Sequence record: SRR31156797_1282
Strand: one strand, 5' to 3'
Length of the DNA: 46,596 nt
The notes beneath the pieces were generated by a model. It did no database searches, was not told the origin of the DNA, and worked only from the letters and a program-made list of their open reading frames with translations. The stretch's first letter is position 1. Each line of letters starts with the position of its first letter. The position numbers and the translations under genes are program-made. This document shows, piece after piece, positions 1 through 9,185 of the stretch.

Positions 1-479
1 TCCATAGAAGTGGCTCCAGCTGCAACTATTGGGGAGAGCTTACCGGTTTTAGCTAATAAAGGCGTGAAAATAAGTGTAAGAATTTCACGTATAACATTAG
101 CTAATAATGCAATCACACCCAGTGTTTCAGTTCTCATTTCAGCAATCAAAATACTACTCAAGCTATAATATCCATAGCCTGCACCAATGGCTTGAGTATC
201 CTGAAAACTCATATGTGGCAAAAAAGGATAAATAATTAACATTCCAATAGCTGTTCCTAAAATAGTAGTCAAAGGCACCAGCAAAATCCTAAGCTTTACT
301 TTTTTAATAATTTTGAAAGCTGAAGTATCAGCTCCTACACTAACTCCTACCAAAAACATCAATACATAGAGTGCATAAGTGGAATAGTCATTTTTTATTA
401 TTTCCGCTGGCAGCCAACCCAGCCAACTTAGGATTAATCCTAAAACAAAAAACAACAATATCAATAATGTACCTCTCAT
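1..479 (-). CDS. lysO: LysO/DUF340-family lysine exporter, C-terminal-half protein (partial, runs off window edge)
   Basis: Not in the ORF track. Manual translation from ATG at 479 gives MRGTLLILLFFVLGLILSWLG...LMFLVGVSVG...GAGYGYYSLSSILI...LLANVIREILTL...AAGATSM, with LysO-type motifs (GxGYYSLS, NxxRE, GATSM). Lies just downstream of the small LysO-like gene. Confidence 0.8.
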   Translation of the reverse strand, partial: MRGTLLILLFFVLGLILSWLGWLPAEIIKNDYSTYALYVLMFLVGVSVGADTSAFKIIKKVKLRILLVPLTTILGTAIGMLIIYPFLPHMSFQDTQAIGAGYGYYSLSSILIAEMRTETLGVIALLANVIREILTLIFTPLLAKTGKLSPIVAAGATSM

Positions 480-482
480 GCG

Positions 483-758
483 TCAGGTATTGTTTTTGAA
501 AAATCTGTGATATACAAAAATTGAAATCAAAACAGAAAAAATAATTCCGGTAACAGCAATAACCAAAGCTTTAATTCCCAAAAAATGAAGCTGATAAATC
601 ATTTCAGGATCACCGCCAATTGCAACTCCCATTAAAAATAAAAGTGCAAAAACAGCCGCCATTACCAGTTTATCATTTAGCCTGGTTATTTTTGGCATTT
701 TCCTGATAAAATAGCCAACTAAAAAGCCGGCTATCATTATGATCAATACTGTCCACAT
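483..758 (-). CDS. LysO-family transporter, small N-terminal-half protein (split LysO)
   Basis: 91 aa with three hydrophobic segments and the motif LLFLMGVAIG. 3 bp upstream of the LysO C-terminal-half gene. Confidence 0.75.
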   Translation of the reverse strand: MWTVLIIMIAGFLVGYFIRKMPKITRLNDKLVMAAVFALLFLMGVAIGGDPEMIYQLHFLGIKALVIAVTGIIFSVLISIFVYHRFFKNNT

Positions 759-765
759 ATATCAA

Positions 766-1665
766 TTAACTCCAAAGTGATTTTGGATACTCCCCATTCT
801 GAATCATAGCACTAATACGCTTCATAGTTTCTTCTTTATCCTCCTTGTAAGTCACTCCAAACCATTGTGCTGTTGTATCTAAAACCTCAACTGTTGCTTT
901 CTTTGATTGAATTAGATTAGTTACTGTAGATGGAATATAAAATTCTGATTTCATCTCCTCACCTCTTTCATTTAGAAATTCGATAAAATCATCTTCAGTT
1001 TGTTGAAAATAGTATGGAGAAAAACCCCACATATTCATAGATACCTGTGCATTTTTATTAACCTCCTGTCCATCTTCATTTGAAACGATTTTGTCATCTT
1101 TCCAACCAATTGCCTCTCGTTCAGTTACACTTACTAAATGCTTTTCGCCATTAACCTCACAAACACCCCTATTTACAGTGCCATGCTCAGAAAGTGTATT
1201 CACAACCGGATAACCTACCATGCAATAAGAAGTAGCATCATTAGCTAATTTATTAAGATAGGAAGCCATTACTTTAAAGGCATCTGCACCATAGAAATCA
1301 TCAGCGTTAATAACAGCAAATGGTTCATTTACAGCATTGCGGGCAGCCCATACAGCATGATTAGTACCCCATGGTTTTGTTCTTCCTTCTGGCGCTGAAT
1401 GTCCTCCAGGTAAATCATTCATATCCTGAAAAACATAATCAGTTTGAATGTCTCCAGATATTTTGGATATAAAACGCTCTTTAAAAGCATCTTCGAAATC
1501 TTTTCTAATAATGAAAACAACTTTTCCAAAACCAGCTCTCATAGCATCGTATACAGAAAAATCCATGATAGTTTCTCCATTTGGTCCCATTTGGTCTAGT
1601 TGTTTCAACCCTCCATACCTGCTCCCCATTCCGGCAGCTAATATCATTAATGTTGGTTTTGACAT
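766..1665 (-). CDS. Sugar-phosphate nucleotidyltransferase (NTP_transferase family)
   Basis: N-terminal LAAGMGSRYGGLKQ nucleotide-binding motif, KPWGT and INADDFYG. Confidence 0.85.
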   Translation of the reverse strand: MSKPTLMILAAGMGSRYGGLKQLDQMGPNGETIMDFSVYDAMRAGFGKVVFIIRKDFEDAFKERFISKISGDIQTDYVFQDMNDLPGGHSAPEGRTKPWGTNHAVWAARNAVNEPFAVINADDFYGADAFKVMASYLNKLANDATSYCMVGYPVVNTLSEHGTVNRGVCEVNGEKHLVSVTEREAIGWKDDKIVSNEDGQEVNKNAQVSMNMWGFSPYYFQQTEDDFIEFLNERGEEMKSEFYIPSTVTNLIQSKKATVEVLDTTAQWFGVTYKEDKEETMKRISAMIQNGEYPKSLWS

Positions 1666-1693
1666 ATTGTAAATTTTATTTTTTAAGCTTCAG

Positions 1694-1701
1694 CAAATAT
1701 A
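1694..1701 (-). promoter_or_regulatory. Bacteroidota sigma-70 -7 element (TATATTTG)
   Basis: Exact TAnnTTTG match about 30 bp upstream of the nucleotidyltransferase ATG. Confidence 0.6.
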
Positions 1702-1805
1702 TAAATCATTTCATAGAAAATATAAGACTTTTATTCGTCAGAAATAATCATTTGCTATTGACTGAAGTTTCTATTTTCATTAACTTTAATACAAATAAAT
1801 GCACC

Positions 1806-3557
1806 ATGAAGCCATTCAAATACCTCCCAATAGTTATAGCTATTACTGTTATTGCGGCTTTAATAACTTATTGGGTTATTGCCAATAATGAGGAGAATTA
1901 CAACAATCACAAAAATGAAGTTCTAAACAGGTTCAAATCTAATTACGAAACCGTTTTAGCGGGGTATGAAAAGTCTGCCAGATTATTCTACTCTCAGGTT
2001 ATTGAATCTGAGAATATAATGTCAATTTTAAGAAAAATACCATCAAGTTACGGAGATGATAAAGATTTGTTAAGAAGAGAGCTTTATAATGAACTTAAAG
2101 ATAATTATAAAAACCTCCAACAACTTAACTTCAGACAGTTACATTTTCACTTACCCACAGGTGAAAGCTTTATTCGTTTTCACAGACCCGAAAAGTATGG
2201 TGATAATCTATTCCCAGTCCGCTATTCTGTCGAAAAAACCAACAAAACGCTGAGTATCTCAAAAGGGTTTGAAGAAGGCAGAATATTTAATGGATACCGT
2301 TTTGTTTTCCCTATTTTGGAAAATGAGAGGCACTATGGTAGTGTAGAAGTTAGTGTTTCATTTCTGGCTATCAGTAAAGCGTTAAAAGAAATTGAGCCGG
2401 TACACACCAGCATTTTATTCAAAAAAGAAGTCATTGATCGTAAAGTTTTCGAAAGTGAAAAAAACAATTATGAAATATGTAAGCCTCTACCTGATTATGT
2501 TTTTGACAAAACAATTATGAATGATTCGTCAGAATTAAAATCTTATAAACTGATAAAAAACCTGTTTACTGACCAGACAGCAAAAATCAATGAGCAATTA
2601 AAATATAAATATGCATCATTAAAAGATTTAACATTTAATGACAAGAATTATATTCTTATAACTATACCTATTCCAAATGTGAAAGGCAAACAAATTGGGA
2701 ATGCTTTTATTGTAGTTGAAAACAATGAATTACAAGACATTAGGAATAAATTATATTTCAGATTAAGTATTTTAATCCTTCTCTATCTAATCATAATTGT
2801 TGCAGTAATAGCAATCATCAAAAGAGATAAAAAGCTTATATTTTCAAGAGAACAAGTTAAAAAATCAGAAATTAATCTGGCTGAATCCGGTGAAATAAAA
2901 AATAAACTATTCGAAATCATTACACATGATTTAAGAAATCATTTTAATGCCGTAAATGGATTTATTGACCTTCTCGATAAGCGAATTGAAATCAAAGAAG
3001 AAAAAGTATTAAAACTCTATAATGGACTAAATGATGCCATTGAACTAACGAATCATTTGATGGACAATTTGTTTGTGTGGTCACGAATTCAAATTGATAA
3101 AATCAATCTCCAAATTAACCGTTTCGAAGCCTCTTCATGGCTTGAAGGAGAATTAAAAAGATTTGCCAATATTATAGCGCGCAAAGATATTACACTTTTT
3201 AATAAAACTAAAAAGTCTGTTTACTTCAATGCGGATGTAGATATGATGCGCTATATACATCAAAATATTTTACTTAATGCTATCAGGTATTCAGATAAAC
3301 ACGGAAAAATAACCATAGAAATCATTGATAAAGGTAAAGAAACAGTATTATCAATTAAAGATGAAGGCAAAGGCATGACCAGTAATGAGGTAGCCAAAAT
3401 TTTAAATCAGGAAAGCTGGACAGGTTCAAAACTCAAAAATGAAAATGGTTTAGGACTGCTAATAGCTCGAAAATTAGTTGCCTATCAAAATGGTAGGATT
3501 CAAATCGAAAGTGCTAAAGGAATTGGAACTACAGTGACTATAGAAATTCCAAAATAG
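1806..3557 (+). CDS. Membrane sensor histidine kinase with periplasmic double-Cache (dCache_3-like) domain
   Basis: Start moved to ATG 1806 (MKPFKYLPIVIAI, TM1), since the upstream extension overlaps the divergent gene. Periplasmic LHFHLPTGESFIRFHRPEKYGD...GFEEGR, TM2, H-box HDLRNHF, N-box NILLNAIRYS, G1 DEGKGM, G2 NGLGL, GIGTTV. Confidence 0.85.
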   Translation: MKPFKYLPIVIAITVIAALITYWVIANNEENYNNHKNEVLNRFKSNYETVLAGYEKSARLFYSQVIESENIMSILRKIPSSYGDDKDLLRRELYNELKDNYKNLQQLNFRQLHFHLPTGESFIRFHRPEKYGDNLFPVRYSVEKTNKTLSISKGFEEGRIFNGYRFVFPILENERHYGSVEVSVSFLAISKALKEIEPVHTSILFKKEVIDRKVFESEKNNYEICKPLPDYVFDKTIMNDSSELKSYKLIKNLFTDQTAKINEQLKYKYASLKDLTFNDKNYILITIPIPNVKGKQIGNAFIVVENNELQDIRNKLYFRLSILILLYLIIIVAVIAIIKRDKKLIFSREQVKKSEINLAESGEIKNKLFEIITHDLRNHFNAVNGFIDLLDKRIEIKEEKVLKLYNGLNDAIELTNHLMDNLFVWSRIQIDKINLQINRFEASSWLEGELKRFANIIARKDITLFNKTKKSVYFNADVDMMRYIHQNILLNAIRYSDKHGKITIEIIDKGKETVLSIKDEGKGMTSNEVAKILNQESWTGSKLKNENGLGLLIARKLVAYQNGRIQIESAKGIGTTVTIEIPK

Positions 3558-3586
3558 CACCCCATAAATAATTAAAGAGTGCTATT
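3551..3586 (-). terminator. Putative intrinsic terminator between convergent genes
   Basis: Inverted repeat AATAGCAC (3553-3560) / GTGCTATT (3579-3586). The stem extends by G-U pairs on the minus strand and ends in a short T run. Confidence 0.45.
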
Positions 3587-3618
3587 AAGGAAATTAACAT
3601 GTTCTCGATATAATTTTT

Positions 3619-4467
3619 TTATTCTTTCCAAATATGGGAAACTTTATGATTGGAATAAACTACAAAAGCTCCAAATACATTTTCCCCTTGTATAATATGA
3701 TCAACATTTGAAGGTGGACCACTAAATAATGGTGCTGAATAGCCCACTTCATTTTGTGCTTGAAGCAAAAATTCAAAAGCATCCTCGCTAATTCCACAAA
3801 TCTCCAATGTAACCTTATCATTATCATACAAAATTTCATCTTGATACTCTGCTTGAAGGTAATCAACCTCTAAACCATTAATATAGATTCCATTTATAAG
3901 GTAATCATCTGATAATGTGATCTCATTTAAAGTGTCAGTCAAAAGCGTATCATTTATATACACATTAAACATGTAATAATTCTCTTCAGCACCATTTTCT
4001 TGTGCAAATGCTTTTATTCTCCAGGCTTCCCACTGATCAATCCAGTCAACCTGAATACTATCAAGCAATGGTTGAGTTGGTACTGAATCTGTTGCTGTTA
4101 TTAAATCAAAGTCGCCATCATCATCTGTATCAACATTATTAATGGTCAAATAATACCTTTGATTGGGTACAACATAATAATCACTGGGTGTATGATATTC
4201 ACCTGGTTCCACTTCAGTCAAAACAATATCCTGTCCATTTCCCGTAATATTAATCAAAGCTCCAGTAATTGGATCAGCAGCCTGATCATTATCCAAATCT
4301 TTCGACCATGTTAAATATACTTTGTGTGTTGTAGTATCTGCACCAATAAAAGCCTCAACAACTGCAATTCGTGGAATATCATTAGCTAATTCATCTCCCA
4401 AATCAATTCTTTCTGTACACGACACTATGCTAATAAAACTTGTCAATATTATTAATATCCTTTTCAT
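3619..4467 (-). CDS. DUF4249-family lipoprotein (TonB-receptor partner)
   Basis: Lipobox IVSC, acidic composition, VVEAFI and C-terminal FSGPPSNV...GAF. Directly downstream of a TonB-dependent receptor. Confidence 0.75.
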   Translation of the reverse strand: MKRILIILTSFISIVSCTERIDLGDELANDIPRIAVVEAFIGADTTTHKVYLTWSKDLDNDQAADPITGALINITGNGQDIVLTEVEPGEYHTPSDYYVVPNQRYYLTINNVDTDDDGDFDLITATDSVPTQPLLDSIQVDWIDQWEAWRIKAFAQENGAEENYYMFNVYINDTLLTDTLNEITLSDDYLINGIYINGLEVDYLQAEYQDEILYDNDKVTLEICGISEDAFEFLLQAQNEVGYSAPLFSGPPSNVDHIIQGENVFGAFVVYSNHKVSHIWKE

Positions 4468-4470
4468 AGC

Positions 4471-6831
4471 TTAAAATTTAAAGTTATAAGTAACAGTTGG
4501 GAAAATGGCAAACAAATAAGTCTTCTCAGCATAAACTTTGTTTGGTTGTTCAGAATCTTGCACAAAATTTATTGCCCATGCATTGTGCCTATTATAAACA
4601 TTATACACTGATAGATTCCAATCGCTCAAAAACTTACGATCTCCTCTTCCCCATGCCTTATTTTTCCATGTTAAAGAAAAGTCCATTCGATGATAAGCTG
4701 GATAACGTTGTTCGTTTCGACCTGAATATTCTGGAATCCAGTTACCCATGAACAGCTTCAGCTGTTGTGGAAATGTACCGGGTAATCCACTTGAATAAAC
4801 CCATGTTGCTCCTACAGACAGCCTTTTGGTTATATCGTAATTGAATACGACTGATACATCATGTGGTTTGTCATAAGGTGCAAGAAAAGAGTTTCCATCA
4901 TTTATATCATTAATTTTTCGCTCAGTATGTGAATAAGTATAGCTGGCCCATCCGCTTATTTTGTCAAACTGATAACGCACCATAAATTCAGCGCCATACG
5001 CCCATGATTTTCCAAATCTCAATTCTCCCTCCAAATCTTCGTTCAACAGAAGTTCAGCATCATCTCGAAAATCAATAGTATTCTGCATCCATTTATAATA
5101 AACTTCTGCTGATGCTTTGATTCGATCTTTAAAAAAGTTTCTAAAAAGGCCAAGGCCAACCTGATCTCCAATTTGAGGTTTCACATTTGGAGAAGCTGAA
5201 AACCAAATATCAAGTGGTGTACCTGCACTGGAATTTCGGGCCATTTGAATGTACTGCGCTGTTCTGGCGTAACTACCTTTTATGGAAGTATATTCATTTA
5301 GCTTAATATTAAATCCAAGTCGAGGCTCCCAATTTAAATATGTTTGGTAGATTCCACCATTATGCTCAGCCGAATCTATTTTGGTTTGCTCTAAGTCATA
5401 AGTATATGTTGTGTTGCTTCCATAATTAGCAAACGAGGAGTTTCTCAAACCAGCTTTTACGGATAATAATGAATTAACATCATACTCTACCGATACATAT
5501 ATACCACCCTCAAGTGATCGGTTTATTGGCACCTTAATTTCACCAAAAGAAGTTTCGGATCCGGTTCCTCTGGCGTGTCCGGGACTAAAAACATGCACTA
5601 TTCCTTGCAATCCATAATCGATTTTCATCTTAGGAGTTGCAAAATAACTTAGGTCATATTTTACATTAAAATCATTCAAACCCGCCTCCCATAGAAAGGA
5701 ATTCGCCTCTCCTTTTGGTGTTCCTAAAGCATAGTAGTAGTTACTATATATAAAGGAAAGGTTTGAAAAGAGTTTTTTGGAGAATAAGTGATTCCAACGT
5801 AAAGTTCCTGTTCCATTGCCATATCCCATATATGCAAACTCATTACCAAATTTATCCCGCCCAAAATAACCTGACATGAAAATACGGTCGTTATCGCTAA
5901 TTTTCCAATTGATTTTCATATTTAAATCATAGAAAAACAAAGTATTGTCTCTTACATTTGGATCTTTAGCAAAGGGTAAAAACAAGTCTGCATAAGTTCT
6001 TCTACCTGATGCAATAACTGAAACTTTATCCTTAACAAGTGGCCCTTCTAACGTTAATCTGGAAGATATTAAACCCACACCACCAGCTCCTGTCCAACGT
6101 TTGAGGTTACCTTCTTTCATATGAATATCAAGAGCAGATGACAATCTTCCACCATATTTTGCCGGGATATCTCCTTTATAAAGCTTTACATCTTTAATGG
6201 CATCATTATTAAATACAGAGAAAAAACCCATAAGGTGTGATGCATTGTAGACATTTGCTTCATCGAGCAATATTAAGTTTTGATCAAGGTTTCCGCCTCG
6301 CACACTAAATCCGCTTGAACCCTCTGAAGGCGACTGCACTCCGGGTAATAACTGGATTGCTTTAATCACATCAACTTCTCCCATGAGTGCTGGGATTTTT
6401 CGGATATCATCACTCCCCAGCTTTTCAACACTCATTTCATTTCGAGTAATATTTGCATTGGCTTTTTCGCCTGTTACAACAACTTCTTCTAGCTGTTGGG
6501 CAGTAGTTCCAAGCTCTATATTTCTTGAAACATCGTCGCTCTGTATCTTCAGCTTTACATTTTGAGTTTCATAGCCAATATAAGTGTAACGAACATTATA
6601 ATCTCCTGGTGCAAGCGCAATGGAATAAAATCCATAAATATTTGTTATGGTACCTAGTCCTAACTCTTCAACATAAATTGTAGCGCCAAGCAGGGCTTCT
6701 CCATTGCTTTTATCAGTAATATAACCGCTTAATACCGGTTTTCGTTCTGCATTTTTCTCACCTTCATTATTAGCTTTTGAAAATAATGGAAACAGCAAGA
6801 TTATCAGACATAAAAATATTTGAAGTCTCAT
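4471..6831 (-). CDS. TonB-dependent outer-membrane receptor (N-terminal carboxypeptidase-regulatory-like domain, plug, barrel)
   Basis: Signal peptide, LSGYITDKSNGEALLGATI...TNIYGFYSI, LEEVVV, plug VRGGNLDQNLILLD, and C-terminal YNFKF. Confidence 0.92.
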   Translation of the reverse strand: MRLQIFLCLIILLFPLFSKANNEGEKNAERKPVLSGYITDKSNGEALLGATIYVEELGLGTITNIYGFYSIALAPGDYNVRYTYIGYETQNVKLKIQSDDVSRNIELGTTAQQLEEVVVTGEKANANITRNEMSVEKLGSDDIRKIPALMGEVDVIKAIQLLPGVQSPSEGSSGFSVRGGNLDQNLILLDEANVYNASHLMGFFSVFNNDAIKDVKLYKGDIPAKYGGRLSSALDIHMKEGNLKRWTGAGGVGLISSRLTLEGPLVKDKVSVIASGRRTYADLFLPFAKDPNVRDNTLFFYDLNMKINWKISDNDRIFMSGYFGRDKFGNEFAYMGYGNGTGTLRWNHLFSKKLFSNLSFIYSNYYYALGTPKGEANSFLWEAGLNDFNVKYDLSYFATPKMKIDYGLQGIVHVFSPGHARGTGSETSFGEIKVPINRSLEGGIYVSVEYDVNSLLSVKAGLRNSSFANYGSNTTYTYDLEQTKIDSAEHNGGIYQTYLNWEPRLGFNIKLNEYTSIKGSYARTAQYIQMARNSSAGTPLDIWFSASPNVKPQIGDQVGLGLFRNFFKDRIKASAEVYYKWMQNTIDFRDDAELLLNEDLEGELRFGKSWAYGAEFMVRYQFDKISGWASYTYSHTERKINDINDGNSFLAPYDKPHDVSVVFNYDITKRLSVGATWVYSSGLPGTFPQQLKLFMGNWIPEYSGRNEQRYPAYHRMDFSLTWKNKAWGRGDRKFLSDWNLSVYNVYNRHNAWAINFVQDSEQPNKVYAEKTYLFAIFPTVTYNFKF

Positions 6832-6860
6832 TTGTTGGTTCTTTTGAAGTTGATTTTAGA

Positions 6861-7535
6861 TTAGTTTTTCTTCTTCTGACCGAATCCACCAAATAAGAAT
6901 GTAATGCTACCATAAGGAGCATTGAAGTCGTTTTTGTTAAAATAACGAACCTCTTCACCCTCTGAATTAAAATAAGTGGCATCTCCGATGCCCATTACAT
7001 AACGGTAACCGGCACCAAAACTAATTTTAAACCAGCGCAATAGGTTCATTTCAATATCAATTTGTGGCTTTAAAACACCAACATAATCAAAATATTGTTC
7101 GTAATTTTCAAAGTCAAATTCAGTATTAATAATGGAAGCCGCTCCTCCTCCTGCTTTTAAACTTACAACAAAATGAACCGGATTATTGGGCATAAAATTA
7201 TAACCGGTCCACAAGCCACCATGACCAAAAGAAACTTGTAAGTGATCTTCCTGGAGTGTTCCATTTTCGGAATACACATTTGGGAAATTGTGCTGGGTAC
7301 TCATACCCATTCCATAACCACCAATGAAAAATTTGTTATCGAAAATGGCTGCACCACCACCACCATTAAAAACAGCGAAGTTTCCGTCATAAGCAGAGAA
7401 CTCTATTATTGGAGCTCCAAATCCACTTATACGAGCATCTTTATTACCAAACAAATATCGCATTTCGCCCTGATTCTGGGCACTAAGGTTAGAAATAGCT
7501 AATAATGCAATTAGCATAAATGTAATAGGTTTCAT
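6861..7535 (-). CDS. Hypothetical outer-membrane beta-barrel protein
   Basis: Signal peptide, Gly/aromatic-rich amphipathic strands (FFIGGYG, GHGGLWTGY, ISFGAGYRYV). First gene of the TonB operon. Confidence 0.65.
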   Translation of the reverse strand: MKPITFMLIALLAISNLSAQNQGEMRYLFGNKDARISGFGAPIIEFSAYDGNFAVFNGGGGAAIFDNKFFIGGYGMGMSTQHNFPNVYSENGTLQEDHLQVSFGHGGLWTGYNFMPNNPVHFVVSLKAGGGAASIINTEFDFENYEQYFDYVGVLKPQIDIEMNLLRWFKISFGAGYRYVMGIGDATYFNSEGEEVRYFNKNDFNAPYGSITFLFGGFGQKKKN

Positions 7536-7571
7536 AGTAAATAGGTTTTAAGGTTAATTCACGTTTAGCTA

Positions 7572-7579
7572 CAAAAATA
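7572..7579 (-). promoter_or_regulatory. Bacteroidota -7 element (TATTTTTG)
   Basis: Exact TAnnTTTG match about 36 bp upstream of ATG 7535. Confidence 0.55.
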
Positions 7580-7675
7580 ATACCTCCAACGCATTAATAA
7601 ATACCGAATTAGAGAATTAAACATTATTTAACAAAACATGTCGAAAAACAATGAGACTAAAGTTTTAATAACCAA

Positions 7676-9184
7676 TTACTTGAAGACAGCCTTACGAATT
7701 GAGTAATTTTCTTTTTTCAATAGGTATGAGTATACATTCTCATTGAATAATGCCAACATCGATCTGGGTTCAAATGCCAGCACAATCTTTTGTGCGCTCA
7801 ACTGATTAAGTGGCACATAAAAATAAGCGCCTGACTGTAAACCTTTTGATTTCTCTTTTACTTCCAAATCAATATATTCCCAACCTTCAAAAGATTCAGC
7901 AATTTGCTTATTAATTATTTGATATTCAATTATTTCAATGTCGTTTTTTTGATTATACAGAACATATTCTATCTGATGCTTATTGAGCCAATCAAGCAAT
8001 AATGAATCATCAGCAGGTACAAGATAACCCATGGGAACTTTAACCGAATCAATGGCAACTCTTTCAGGATAATATCTATCCACTACAAAAATGGTGTCTT
8101 TTTGATCTTTGATTGACCATAATGAATAAGCTAGTTTTTTGCCATTTTGAACATGTGAAAATCTAACTCCCATATAACCTTTCGGACCATGAGCTGCCAA
8201 TTCAGCTCTGGACTTTTCAACTGCTGTTTTAATGAACTGCTTATTATCTGATGTAAATTTCAAAATAGATTCTAAAATAGCATATTGACTTTCAGTCCTA
8301 TGCTGAAGGTTGTCAACTGAATTTTGCCCATACTTTCCTTCAATAATCATAGATAAAGTTTCCATTATTCCGAAGCTTTGCCTACCATCATCTATATGAA
8401 CTGTGCTATGTCTTAATCGTCCCTCCTCATTATAGATTTGACCCAAAGTATATTGAAGGAAACTAAAGTTTTGAGATTTAACATCTTGCTCAACTTTTGG
8501 TAAAAGGTGATCGTAAAAAATTTGTGACACTTCCTCACTTATATTAGGATTGGTAACACCTCCCAATTGTACATCTGCATTTTTATAATATCCGAAATCT
8601 GTCCACTCCTGATAATAGGGATCATACTCATGAATATCGATTGTTACTTCAGGCAGGATTTGATGAAAATACTGATGAACTAACTGATTTTCAATGTCAT
8701 TCAATACAAGATGATCTCGGTTTAAGTCTATATTCTCAGCATTACGACGCTCATCATGATCACCGCCCCATGGATTAACTTGCGGGAATATGTATAAATC
8801 AATATTTTGTAGAATATCTTTATGTTCTCCATTTGCAATTCTGGCAATCAATTCAAGTACAGCTTCTTTTCCTGATGGTTCATCTCCATGCTGTTGTGCA
8901 AGAACCAAAACTTTCAATTTATCATTAGAATTTGGCTCGGAAGTGACCTTTACCAGGGACATAACATAATTATCATTGATATTACCCAATGTATCCAAAG
9001 TTATATGTGCACTTATTGAGTCAACTTTAACCAAAAACGACATAAGTTCCTGGTGTGTAGTTAGTTTTTGAAACTGAGTAGTTCTGACAGGAGATGTTAT
9101 GGTAGATGTATCTATACTCAGGTTACAACTACTCAAAAACAAGAATATTGAAAAAGTGAATATAAGCTTTAAACGAAAACTCAT
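7676..9184 (-). CDS. M14-family zinc carboxypeptidase, lipoprotein
   Basis: Start moved to ATG 9184 (MSFRLKLIFTFSIFLFLSSC, lipobox). Zn motif HGDE, NPWG, RRNAENIDLNRDH and DIHE. Confidence 0.85.
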   Translation of the reverse strand: MSFRLKLIFTFSIFLFLSSCNLSIDTSTITSPVRTTQFQKLTTHQELMSFLVKVDSISAHITLDTLGNINDNYVMSLVKVTSEPNSNDKLKVLVLAQQHGDEPSGKEAVLELIARIANGEHKDILQNIDLYIFPQVNPWGGDHDERRNAENIDLNRDHLVLNDIENQLVHQYFHQILPEVTIDIHEYDPYYQEWTDFGYYKNADVQLGGVTNPNISEEVSQIFYDHLLPKVEQDVKSQNFSFLQYTLGQIYNEEGRLRHSTVHIDDGRQSFGIMETLSMIIEGKYGQNSVDNLQHRTESQYAILESILKFTSDNKQFIKTAVEKSRAELAAHGPKGYMGVRFSHVQNGKKLAYSLWSIKDQKDTIFVVDRYYPERVAIDSVKVPMGYLVPADDSLLLDWLNKHQIEYVLYNQKNDIEIIEYQIINKQIAESFEGWEYIDLEVKEKSKGLQSGAYFYVPLNQLSAQKIVLAFEPRSMLALFNENVYSYLLKKENYSIRKAVFK

Positions 9185-9185
9185 A

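Noticed and set aside
1-758. LysO split into two ORFs, possibly a broken gene
   Set aside because: Both parts have clean starts and a tidy 3-bp junction. Two-gene LysO/DUF340 arrangements are usual in Bacteroidota.
1581-1805. 75-aa N-terminal extension of the histidine kinase
   Set aside because: It overlaps the divergent gene and its promoter. The TM signal begins at ATG 1806.
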